64,000 nt of DNA, taken from contig JBFXJJ010000011.1 of NCBI GenBank assembly GCA_050175015.1, positions 1-64,000 of the forward strand, given 5' to 3'. The notes below the pieces were generated by a model, which saw only the letters and a program-made list of their open reading frames with translations, did not search any database and was not told where the DNA came from. Below, piece after piece: positions 31,787 to 40,148 of this stretch. Within the stretch, counting starts at the first letter, position 1. Each line of letters begins with the position of its first letter. The translations under genes and the position numbers were made by a program. This stretch comes from Alphaproteobacteria bacterium (lineage in GTDB: Bacteria; Pseudomonadota; Alphaproteobacteria; JBFXJJ01).

Positions 31787-31846
31787 TATTTTTGTCCTAC
31801 AGAAATACAGGATAGAAAAACAGATATCAATATTTGATTTTATCGC

Positions 31847-32656
31847 TTAGTCTGTAGGCTGGAGCTTACCACCTATTCTTATGGGCTTCACTCTAGTTGC
31901 AAGGCCTGTTTTGTCATCAGTTTCAACGTAAACTCCGCAGAAAGTTCCTTCCTCAGTAGCAGGAACGAGCTTTCCTAGTTTAACCCCTTTAACAAAACGA
32001 TTAATTGGTTCTTCCTTTTGCATACCTATTACAGAATCATAATCACCACACATACCAACATCAGTCATATATGCCGTACCTTTACTAAGTATATGTAAAT
32101 CGGCGGTAGGAATATGAGTATGCGTTCCAACAACCAATGAAGCACGACCATCACAAAAATGTCCGAATGCAACTTTTTCACTTGTTGCCTCAGCGTGAAA
32201 ATCGACAATAACCGCAGAGATACCATTACGCCCCAAAGGATACTTTTCAAAAATTTTCTCAATAGTTTTAAATGGACAATCAATCGGATCCAGAAACAAT
32301 CGTCCCATAACTTGCACAACCAGAACTTTTTTGCCGCTAGATGTTTCAAAAACACCATATCCCTTACCTTCTAAGCCTTCAGGATAATTAAGAGGTCTGA
32401 TTAATTTGGGCTGCGTATTTATATAAGAGATGATTTCCTTTTGATCCCAAGTGTGATTACCAAGCGTAATAACATCAACGCCTATTTTAAAGAACTCTTC
32501 GCAAAATTTAGCTGTAATTCCAAAGCCGTGAGCCGCATTTTCGCCATTAACAACCACAAAATCTAAAGACAATTTCTTTTTTAAATAAGGCATATTGCCC
32601 ATAATAACATCTCGACCAGAACGCCCGACAACATCTCCACAGAAAAGGATTTTCAT
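31847..32656 (-). CDS. ymdB: TIGR00282/YmdB family metallophosphoesterase
   Basis: GDVVG, NGENAAHG, LGNH, DFHAEATSEK, GTHTH and TDVGMCG motifs. Confidence 0.9.
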   Translation of the reverse strand: MKILFCGDVVGRSGRDVIMGNMPYLKKKLSLDFVVVNGENAAHGFGITAKFCEEFFKIGVDVITLGNHTWDQKEIISYINTQPKLIRPLNYPEGLEGKGYGVFETSSGKKVLVVQVMGRLFLDPIDCPFKTIEKIFEKYPLGRNGISAVIVDFHAEATSEKVAFGHFCDGRASLVVGTHTHIPTADLHILSKGTAYMTDVGMCGDYDSVIGMQKEEPINRFVKGVKLGKLVPATEEGTFCGVYVETDDKTGLATRVKPIRIGGKLQPTD

Positions 32657-32833
32657 TAAACCTCTAAAAGTTATTTATTAAGATAAAAGAAAAGCTTTCA
32701 ACTTTTTGCCCCTAGTCATATTTAGGCTTCATATTTTAAGTTTTTGCTTTATTTTTATCCTTCTGGTTACACATTAATTTACTATTTAACACAATGAGCT
32801 ATGAATCTCAAGTTTGTTAACTTTGAATAATCT

Positions 32834-33409
32834 TTAGGTGATTTTGATCACTTCTTTCTCTGTTACAATATAAGCCATTTTTTCATCACCTTCTTCACAA
32901 GGTATTGTCGCAACTTCTTGCATAGCATAACCAACCCCAACAATTTTCACTTGAGGTTTAATCTTTTTTATTTTTGCTATTGTTTTATCGTAGTATCCTC
33001 CGCCGTAACCCAAACGGTTTCCCTGTCTGTCAAAAGCAACTAATGGCAAAAACATAACATCAGGAACAACATTTTCAACATTGCTTGGTTCCAAAATGCC
33101 AAACTCTCTTGTGGTCAAAACCGTATCTAACGACCATCTCGCAAAAATTAAAGGTTCCCCTTTTTTTTCAACAACAGGAAGCGCAGCTTCACTTTTTTCA
33201 TCTTCAATATCAAACATTAAAGAGGAAATATCTACCTCACCTTTTATAGGAAAATATAAAGAAAAAACTTTATGCTTTTGTCCTTTTATAAATTGTTCTA
33301 ATATCTTTTCGGCAATAGCCAAAGACGCTTTACTGCCTGATTTGCTTGCAAATGAAACTCTTTGTTTTAGCATATCGGCTCTTATTTGTTTTTTTTGTTC
33401 TAAAATCAT
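32834..33409 (-). CDS. ygfA: 5-formyltetrahydrofolate cyclo-ligase
   Basis: PLVAFDRQGNRLGYGGGYYDKT and IVTE motifs. Confidence 0.93.
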   Translation of the reverse strand: MILEQKKQIRADMLKQRVSFASKSGSKASLAIAEKILEQFIKGQKHKVFSLYFPIKGEVDISSLMFDIEDEKSEAALPVVEKKGEPLIFARWSLDTVLTTREFGILEPSNVENVVPDVMFLPLVAFDRQGNRLGYGGGYYDKTIAKIKKIKPQVKIVGVGYAMQEVATIPCEEGDEKMAYIVTEKEVIKIT

Positions 33410-33438
33410 TTTGATGTTCTTAATGAAGGTTAAATTTT

Positions 33439-34383
33439 ATGATGTCTCGTACTTTTAAACACGTATATGGACCAATAATATCAAAACGCTTAGGGAGATC
33501 CCTCGGTCTTGATATTATACCATTTAAAGTTTGTACTTATGATTGCATCTACTGTCAATTAGGCTTTACAAAAGAAAAAACAAATATCCGCAAAGAATAT
33601 GTCAATGTTTCAGATGTTTTAAATGAGCTAAAGCAAAAACTTTCAACCTGTCCTGACCCTGACTATATCAGCATCGTAGGTTCTGGAGAACCGACACTTA
33701 ACAGCAAAATTGGAGAACTTATTGCTGAAATAAAAAAAATATCTGCCGTGCCGGTTGCGGTTATTACCAATGGTTCCCTATTATACTTAGAAGAAGTAAG
33801 AAACGAGCTTATGCAAGCTGACTTAGTAATCCCTTCTCTTGATGTCGGTGATGAGGCGATGTTTTCTAAGGTTAATCAACCTCATAAAGATTTAAGTTTT
33901 GATATTATGGTAGATGGAATTGCTGAATTTACTAAAAAATTTAACGGACAAGTCTGGCTCGAAGTTCTTCTTTTATCCGAAATAACCGATACCCATGACA
34001 GTGTGAAAAGAATTGCTGCCGCCTCAAATAAAATTAACCCAGACCGTGTTCAAATAAGTACTGTTTCAAGACCTCCTGCGGATAGCAATCTAAAACCATC
34101 ATCTCTCGAGCACCTAGAAACAATAAAATCTTATTTTAACAGCCAAGTAGATATCATTTATCATACTCCTGACAGTAAAAAAAATGAGGAAAAACACCTA
34201 TCTAATTCTGAAGATTTAATTATTGACCTAATCGAGCGTCATGCCAGTTCTGATATTGATATCGCCAAAGGATTAGGGATTAATTATAATGAAACACAAG
34301 AACTTTTAAAAAAGTTGCTCCAAGACGGCAAAATAACAACGATTAACAAATACGGAAAAACTTTTTACAGTCCCAATTCTTAG
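33439..34383 (+). CDS. Radical SAM protein (wyosine-synthase-like Fe-S oxidoreductase family), possibly with a C-terminal winged-helix domain
   Basis: YGP..SKRLGRSLG, CxxxCxxC (CTYDCIYC), GSGEPTL and VITNGSLL. The short helical C-terminus ends LLQDGKITTINKYGKTFY. Confidence 0.85.
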   Translation: MMSRTFKHVYGPIISKRLGRSLGLDIIPFKVCTYDCIYCQLGFTKEKTNIRKEYVNVSDVLNELKQKLSTCPDPDYISIVGSGEPTLNSKIGELIAEIKKISAVPVAVITNGSLLYLEEVRNELMQADLVIPSLDVGDEAMFSKVNQPHKDLSFDIMVDGIAEFTKKFNGQVWLEVLLLSEITDTHDSVKRIAAASNKINPDRVQISTVSRPPADSNLKPSSLEHLETIKSYFNSQVDIIYHTPDSKKNEEKHLSNSEDLIIDLIERHASSDIDIAKGLGINYNETQELLKKLLQDGKITTINKYGKTFYSPNS

Positions 34384-34496
34384 CCCATAACTAAGACAAG
34401 TTTCTGTTATATGATTTATCAAAAATTTAAATCGAAATACAAAACTTTACAAAATTAGATTAGAAAGAGATTAGAAGAAGCGAAGCTCTATAAAAA

Positions 34497-34660
34497 TGAG
34501 GCACCCCCACCAAAGCCGTAATGCGAAAGTCTCGTGAACCCACACTCAAAAAGTGGGCACCGTATAATAAGACCAGGATCTTATCAGTGACAGCTCCCTA
34601 TATATACACATTGGTTCTCGGACGTTGTGCGGAAATACGAACCCAGCAGCAAGCACCTCA
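34497..34660 (-). ncRNA. ssrS: 6S RNA
   Basis: Lies directly downstream of zapA. Closing stem TGAGGTGCT...GGTGCCTCA; internal alphaproteobacterial 6S motifs TAGGGAGCTGTC and ACGGTGCCCAC; about 164 nt. Confidence 0.88.
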
Positions 34661-34669
34661 ATTAATATA

Positions 34670-35044
34670 TTAAGGCTTTTCAATCTTTTGAGCAATAGAA
34701 TATATTTTCTCGGCAAGATTATTTATTTTGCTGCTAATGTCGTTATCTATGCCTGCAACTAATTCCTCTATGGCTGCTTGTTTTTGGTTTTCTAATTGTG
34801 CTACATCGACAGCTGGTTCGTCACCATTTGAGATTTTCTTGCTTTTAGTTTCTTGGAGTTCATCAGCAATTTGTAGGCAAGTCATAACCAATAATAACGG
34901 CTCACTGATATGCCCTAAAGCATCAGTCAACTCTTCTGCTCTTTCATTAACGTAATGACTCAGATTTAAAAGATGTTCTCTTTCTTCATTCTCACAAGCA
35001 ACTTTATATATTCTGCCGCTAATGGTTAATTCAACTAATGCCAT
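34670..35044 (-). CDS. zapA: Cell division protein ZapA
   Basis: VELTISGRIYKVACENEEREHL..L...V and LLVMTCLQIADEL; sits upstream of the 6S RNA. Confidence 0.9.
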   Translation of the reverse strand: MALVELTISGRIYKVACENEEREHLLNLSHYVNERAEELTDALGHISEPLLLVMTCLQIADELQETKSKKISNGDEPAVDVAQLENQKQAAIEELVAGIDNDISSKINNLAEKIYSIAQKIEKP

Positions 35045-35047
35045 TTT

Positions 35048-35611
35048 CTAAGCTCCCGCCAATTTTTCAACTTGAGCAATCACATTATCAACTTTTTCTG
35101 AAATGTTTTTAATCGTTGTCTTCAACTTATTATTATCATTCTCAGATAACTGAAGCTTTTGCTCTAACTGATTGTGCTGCTCTAAAGATGTGCGTTGAGA
35201 TACCTCTTTGGCTTTTTCAAACTCTTCCTGTTTTTCAGCAATTTGGGCTTTTAATTTTTCATTTTCTTCTTGAAAAAACTTTAGCTGTTCACTCCAATTA
35301 TCATTGTTTTGCGAGCTGTTTTCTTCAAAAGATCTAATTTTTTGTTCAAGTTCTGCAATTATATTAGATTTTTCAGCTTCAATCTGACTGATTTTAAAAT
35401 TAGTATGTTCTTCAATTGAGCGCTTATCTGCTTCAATTTGTACCAATTTTTCCGCCATATCTTTTTGAATCAAATCACAAGCTTCGTCTATTTTACGTTT
35501 ATGATTTTCTTCAAGCAAACTATTGCTTGCATCTAGTTTTATTAAAGCGTTATCTAAATTAGTCAAAGCTTGTGCCAAGTTAGGCATTTTATCAATCAAG
35601 TTGTCAGACAC
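35048..35611 (-). CDS. All-coiled-coil protein upstream of zapA (ZapB-like position)
   Basis: Continuous heptads rich in E/K/Q/L; occupies the slot immediately before zapA. Confidence 0.65.
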   Translation of the reverse strand: MSDNLIDKMPNLAQALTNLDNALIKLDASNSLLEENHKRKIDEACDLIQKDMAEKLVQIEADKRSIEEHTNFKISQIEAEKSNIIAELEQKIRSFEENSSQNNDNWSEQLKFFQEENEKLKAQIAEKQEEFEKAKEVSQRTSLEQHNQLEQKLQLSENDNNKLKTTIKNISEKVDNVIAQVEKLAGA

Positions 35612-35650
35612 GTTTCAAAACCTATCATTTTTAAAATTAATCTTTTAAAA

Positions 35651-35679
35651 AATATGGACTGCGGATTGTAATCCGTCAA
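35651..35679 (-). promoter_or_regulatory. Sigma-70-type promoter for the coiled-coil/zapA/ssrS unit, containing a palindrome
   Basis: Minus strand TTGACG-N17-CATATT; palindrome CGGATT-N2-AATCCG at 35662-35675. Confidence 0.5.
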
Positions 35680-35718
35680 CCATAAATCCTTAAAACTACC
35701 CGTTTAAGAGGCTCTTTT

Positions 35719-36765
35719 CTATAAAGCAATCGGAGCCCATAGAACATTTTCAATATCATCAGTCCCGCAAACCAGCATTGCTAAACGATCAACCCCGAGA
35801 GCAATTCCTGCACTTTCGGGCATACCATACTCTAATGCTTGCAAAAAATCTTCATCTGGATTGCAATATTTTCCATATAGTCTCTTTTTCTCTTCCATAT
35901 CTTTAAAAAATCGTGACCTTTGTTCTGCGGCATCTGTAAGCTCAGAAAAAGCATTCGCCAATTCCAAACCGCAAATATAAAGCTCAAATCTTTCAGCAAA
36001 TCTGCCATCGCTTGGCTTTTTGCGAGAAAGAGCTGCCATACACAAAGGATAATCATAAACTATTGTAGGAACGTCCATTCCCAAATTTGGTTCAATCTTT
36101 TCCATAAAAATTTTAAAGAAAATATCATCAAAATTATATCCTTCAGGAATATGAATACCTATTCTTTTAGCTTCACTTTCTATAATTTTAACATCAGGAT
36201 TTAAACCATCACCTACTACTTTTTCCAAATCAATATCAGCATATTCCGCAAATAGACTCGCAACCGAGCATCTCCTCCATTCTTGATTAGGATTGCAGAC
36301 TTTATCTTTAAACTTAAGAATGCCATCGTCACAAAGAATAGCGCATTTTCTTACCAATTCCTCGCAATCATTCATCAATGCCGTATAGTCGGCACCTTTT
36401 CTATACCATTCCAGCATAGAAAACTCAGGGCTATGATGGTCTGAGACTTCGGCATTTCTAAAAACTTTTGCAATTTGGAAAATGTTATCTAAACCCGCAA
36501 CCAGAAGTTTTTTCATCGCGAATTCTGGAGAGGTATGAAGATATCTTTTTTTAGCAGCATCAAACTGCGACTCCAATAAAACTTCAAAAAAGTTAGTATG
36601 AACTTCCATTCCAGGGCAAACTTGAAGCGCTGGAGTTTCTACTTCATAAAAATTTTTCTCTTTAAAAAACGCTCTTATATTGTCAACAACTCCCGCTCTT
36701 TTCTTAAGAAACGGAAGCTTCTTAGCAAAATTTTCTTTACGCCACCACATCACTTGATGTTCCAC
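35719..36765 (-). CDS. epmA: EF-P lysine aminoacylase EpmA (GenX)
   Basis: LysRS-like catalytic domain with no anticodon domain: YLHTSPEFAMKKLL, HSPEFSMLEWY, ELANAFSEL, GIALGVDRL. Divergent from efp. Confidence 0.93.
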   Translation of the reverse strand: MEHQVMWWRKENFAKKLPFLKKRAGVVDNIRAFFKEKNFYEVETPALQVCPGMEVHTNFFEVLLESQFDAAKKRYLHTSPEFAMKKLLVAGLDNIFQIAKVFRNAEVSDHHSPEFSMLEWYRKGADYTALMNDCEELVRKCAILCDDGILKFKDKVCNPNQEWRRCSVASLFAEYADIDLEKVVGDGLNPDVKIIESEAKRIGIHIPEGYNFDDIFFKIFMEKIEPNLGMDVPTIVYDYPLCMAALSRKKPSDGRFAERFELYICGLELANAFSELTDAAEQRSRFFKDMEEKKRLYGKYCNPDEDFLQALEYGMPESAGIALGVDRLAMLVCGTDDIENVLWAPIAL

Positions 36766-36891
36766 GATATTAACCTCAAAATAATTTTTTTATATTCAAC
36801 ATCTTGCTCTTATTAAAGCAAACTGATAATTTGCTCAACTATAGAACTTAACTATATACAAATTAAGATATTTTAACATTAAAGGTTTCAA

Positions 36892-37455
36892 ATGAAAGCA
36901 CAAGCAAATCAAATTAGACCAGGTTGGGTTATTGATCACCAAGGAAAACAATGGTCTGTTCTTAAAATTAACATTCTTCAACCAGGAAAAGGCAGCGCCT
37001 TTATTCAAGTTGAAATGAGAGATGTTAACACTGGCAACAAAACAAATGAACGCTGGAGAACCGCAGATACCGTTGAAAAACTTAATGTTGAAGAACAAGA
37101 AGCACAATATCTTTATGAAGAAAGCGATTTATTCTATTTTATGAATAAAGAAAATTTTGAACAATTTTCTATCCATAAAGACAGTGTCGGAGATTCTTCT
37201 GTCTTCTTAAAAGAGAGTATGGACGTTTCTGTTAACTTCATTGAAGGCAGACCTGTGGCTATAAAATTACCACAAACTGTTATTCTTGAGGTTGTAGAAA
37301 CCGAACCTGTAATCAAAGGACAAACCGCAACATCATCTTATAAACCTGGCAAACTTGATAATGGTGCAAGAGTTATGATTCCTCAGTTTGTTGGTGTTGG
37401 TGAAAAAATCGTAGTAAACACTGAAGACAGTTCTTATGTTGAACGTGCAAAATAA
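36892..37455 (+). CDS. efp: Elongation factor P
   Basis: PGKG loop, KGQTATSSYKP, and C-terminal YVERAK. Confidence 0.96.
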   Translation: MKAQANQIRPGWVIDHQGKQWSVLKINILQPGKGSAFIQVEMRDVNTGNKTNERWRTADTVEKLNVEEQEAQYLYEESDLFYFMNKENFEQFSIHKDSVGDSSVFLKESMDVSVNFIEGRPVAIKLPQTVILEVVETEPVIKGQTATSSYKPGKLDNGARVMIPQFVGVGEKIVVNTEDSSYVERAK

Positions 37456-37487
37456 CAAAAATAAAATAAAAATAAGGTTTTAGAATA

Positions 37488-38306
37488 ATGGCTTTTATAA
37501 CTCCAAATTTAAACGTAATGATAAATGCTGTACGCAAGGCTTCTAAAGGCTTGCTTAGGGATTTTGGAGAAATTGAAAAACTACAAGTTTCGCTAAAGGG
37601 TACGAATGATTTCGTATCCACCGCAGATTTAAAATGTGAAAAAGCTTTAAAGGCGGAGTTATCAAAGGCTAGACCAAGTTATGGTTTTTTGATGGAAGAA
37701 TCTAAAGAAGAAATTGGCTCAGAACCTGATATGAGATGGATTGTAGATCCTCTTGATGGCACCACTAACTTTCTTCACGGTATTCCCCATTTTGCTATTT
37801 CTGTTGCTCTTGCGAAGGGAAATGAAATTATTGATGCCGTTATTTTCAATCCCGTTTTAGACGAACTTTACTTTGCTGAAAAAGGCAATGGCGCATACTT
37901 AGCAAATGCCCGTAATGATGAGCGTTTAAGAGTTTCTTCAAGAAGAGACATTAAAAGCTCTCTCATTGCAACAGGTATTCCGTTCTTAGGACACGGCGAT
38001 CACGAGTTTTTCTTAAAGCAATTAACCAAAGTTATGGGCAATACGGCTGGAGTTCGAAGATTTGGAGCGGCATCTTTAGATTTAGCGTGGGTTGCGGCTG
38101 GCAGATATGATGGTTTTTGGGAAATGGGCTTAAAATCTTGGGACGTTGCCGCAGGCTTACTTATTGTAAAAGAAGCTGGTGGTATGGTGACAGAGTCAAC
38201 AGCGGCCGATATCCGTGGCGATCATACTCAAAAAATATTAGAAACGGGAAATATCTTAGCCTCTAACGGAGCTTTGCACGCAGCTTTGAACAAAATTTTG
38301 AATTAA
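37488..38306 (+). CDS. suhB: Inositol monophosphatase family protein SuhB
   Basis: WIVDPLDGTTNF and WDVAAG motifs. Confidence 0.92.
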   Translation: MAFITPNLNVMINAVRKASKGLLRDFGEIEKLQVSLKGTNDFVSTADLKCEKALKAELSKARPSYGFLMEESKEEIGSEPDMRWIVDPLDGTTNFLHGIPHFAISVALAKGNEIIDAVIFNPVLDELYFAEKGNGAYLANARNDERLRVSSRRDIKSSLIATGIPFLGHGDHEFFLKQLTKVMGNTAGVRRFGAASLDLAWVAAGRYDGFWEMGLKSWDVAAGLLIVKEAGGMVTESTAADIRGDHTQKILETGNILASNGALHAALNKILN

Positions 38307-38397
38307 ACTAATTGCTAGTTTGCAAAATTCTGCTTTTTGTTTTAAAAGTAATGTAAAGTAATTATTTTTGTTATTTGATGATTCAGGAAAAATTATA

Positions 38398-39708
38398 ATG
38401 AAGCTTCCAATTTTTACTATTTTGGGTTCAGCGGTATTCATATTATCGCCAAACTCTTCTTATGCCTTTAACACTTATAGCAATCAATATAATCTCGAAC
38501 CTGAAATTGAGGTTAACTTAGACGCTCTTAACGGTTCACAAGAACAGCCGCCTTCAGATGATGACGATAGAGTTTTACTTTTCCCTGATTACACTAAACA
38601 AGGAACAGCTAACAAGAAAATAAAATTAACTCCTCCTAAAGACACTAGCGAAGCTAGTAGCAGCAAAAACAAAAATAAGAGTAAAATCAAACTAAAACCT
38701 ATATCTAAGGTTAACCCTGTTCCCAAAAAACGCCCTGAAAATCTTTTAGAAGAAGAAGCCGAAAAAGCCGCGGATATTCTTAATGAAAAGCCAGTTGCAA
38801 CAGAAGAAGAAGCAGTTAAAGATGAAAATACTCTTGTTGAAAAAGACATAAAAGCCCCATCTTACACTAGTTCTTCAGATGTTAATTCTATAGAGAAAGC
38901 ACCAAAGATAGCAACGGATACAATTATCCCTGAAACTAATACCAGTTTAACACCAGAAGAAAAGAAACCTGATTTAATTGAAACCACAAAAGAACCTGTT
39001 TCAACTTTACCTCAGGCGCCAGAAGATGAGACCGATAGAAGTAAAGAATCCATTGCAAACCAATCAGCAAATCCAAATACAACGGCAACTCCCGCCTTTG
39101 ACACTACTTCTTCTGACAAAGAAGCCACATCTAATGACAAAGACATTACCAATTCATCACCTAGTTCAGCAGAAAGCAAACCTGCAGTCATAACAGAAAG
39201 CAAAACGGATTCAGAAAAAGCTCCATCAGTTTTCTCATCACAAAATGATACTAATTCAGCATCAAATGATGTCAAAAATACAGAAGATGCAAAAAACAAT
39301 GTTTCAGATGCAACGATGACATCGTCTAATAGCGCCAATCAATTTGAAACTGTAAACGACAAAGAATATGCTCCAGTTAAGAACTTAGAAGATGGTACTT
39401 ATGAGGTCTCTTTAACATTTGATGAAGATGATGCCTCTATCTCTGAAAGTTTAGAGAACCAAATTAAAACTTTGGCTCTTTCCGTTAGAGGTAAAGAAAA
39501 TATATCCCTTCGTTTAATGTCTTATGCTAAGGGAGATGAGAATTCGATAAGCCGTTCTCGCCGCCTTTCTTTAACTCGTGCTTTAGCCGTTCGTTCCAAG
39601 CTTATGGATTACGGTATCCGCAGTACGCGTATTGAGGTAAGAGCTTTAGGAAATACTCCAGAAGGCAACAACGAAGACCGTATGGATATCTATAAAATAT
39701 ACCGTTAA
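38398..39708 (+). CDS. Exported protein with a long disordered linker and a C-terminal OmpA-like peptidoglycan-binding domain
   Basis: Signal peptide MKLPIFTILGSAVFILSPNSSYA, a S/T/D/E/K-rich middle, and C-terminal RRLSLTRALAVRSKL..GI...RI....G....DRMDI. Confidence 0.75.
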   Translation: MKLPIFTILGSAVFILSPNSSYAFNTYSNQYNLEPEIEVNLDALNGSQEQPPSDDDDRVLLFPDYTKQGTANKKIKLTPPKDTSEASSSKNKNKSKIKLKPISKVNPVPKKRPENLLEEEAEKAADILNEKPVATEEEAVKDENTLVEKDIKAPSYTSSSDVNSIEKAPKIATDTIIPETNTSLTPEEKKPDLIETTKEPVSTLPQAPEDETDRSKESIANQSANPNTTATPAFDTTSSDKEATSNDKDITNSSPSSAESKPAVITESKTDSEKAPSVFSSQNDTNSASNDVKNTEDAKNNVSDATMTSSNSANQFETVNDKEYAPVKNLEDGTYEVSLTFDEDDASISESLENQIKTLALSVRGKENISLRLMSYAKGDENSISRSRRLSLTRALAVRSKLMDYGIRSTRIEVRALGNTPEGNNEDRMDIYKIYR

Positions 39709-39804
39709 AAATTTGTTATTGCCCCTTGCGTTAATTTATAAATTAGTATATACATTACCCTTTATTGAACAATACTAGCACTTTGGTTCTGATGGAGCAT
39801 AGTT

Positions 39805-40029
39805 ATGAAAACAAATATTCACCCAGATTACCATGAAATTACTGTTGTTATGACAGATGGTTCTGAATTTAAAACCCGCTCAACTTGGGGAAAAGCAGGA
39901 GATTCTCTTCGCCTTGACATTGACCCAAAATCTCACCCAGCTTGGACTGGCGTTCACAGATTGGTTGACAGCGGAGGTCAGCTTGCTAAATTTAATAAGC
40001 GTTTTTCTGGCTTTGGAATTAAAGCCTAA
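39805..40029 (+). CDS. rpmE: 50S ribosomal protein L31 (Cys-free form)
   Basis: MKTNIHPDY and [13 protein letters not shown] motifs. Confidence 0.96.
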   Translation: MKTNIHPDYHEITVVMTDGSEFKTRSTWGKAGDSLRLDIDPKSHPAWTGVHRLVDSGGQLAKFNKRFSGFGIKA

Positions 40030-40071
40030 ACAAAAATTAAGTTATAAATTTTTGATTATAAACGACATTAA

Positions 40072-40102
40072 AATATCTGGAGTTCTTGCAGCTCCAGATA
40101 TT
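40072..40102 (+). terminator. Hairpin after rpmE (weak terminator), overlapping a candidate TTGCAG-N18-TATAAT promoter
   Basis: Perfect 11-bp stem AATATCTGGAG-N9-CTCCAGATATT; the U-tract is poor. Confidence 0.45.
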
Positions 40103-40148
40103 GTTGTATTATAATAATAACGTTATCAATTTCTGGAGTTAGATTGTC

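Noticed and set aside
33439-34383. Radical SAM as a RiPP maturase for the KCGCCGC tails or the Cys-rich protein
   Set aside because: It has no SPASM/Twitch Cys cluster or RRE domain, no adjacent precursor, and lies about 20 kb or more from those genes.
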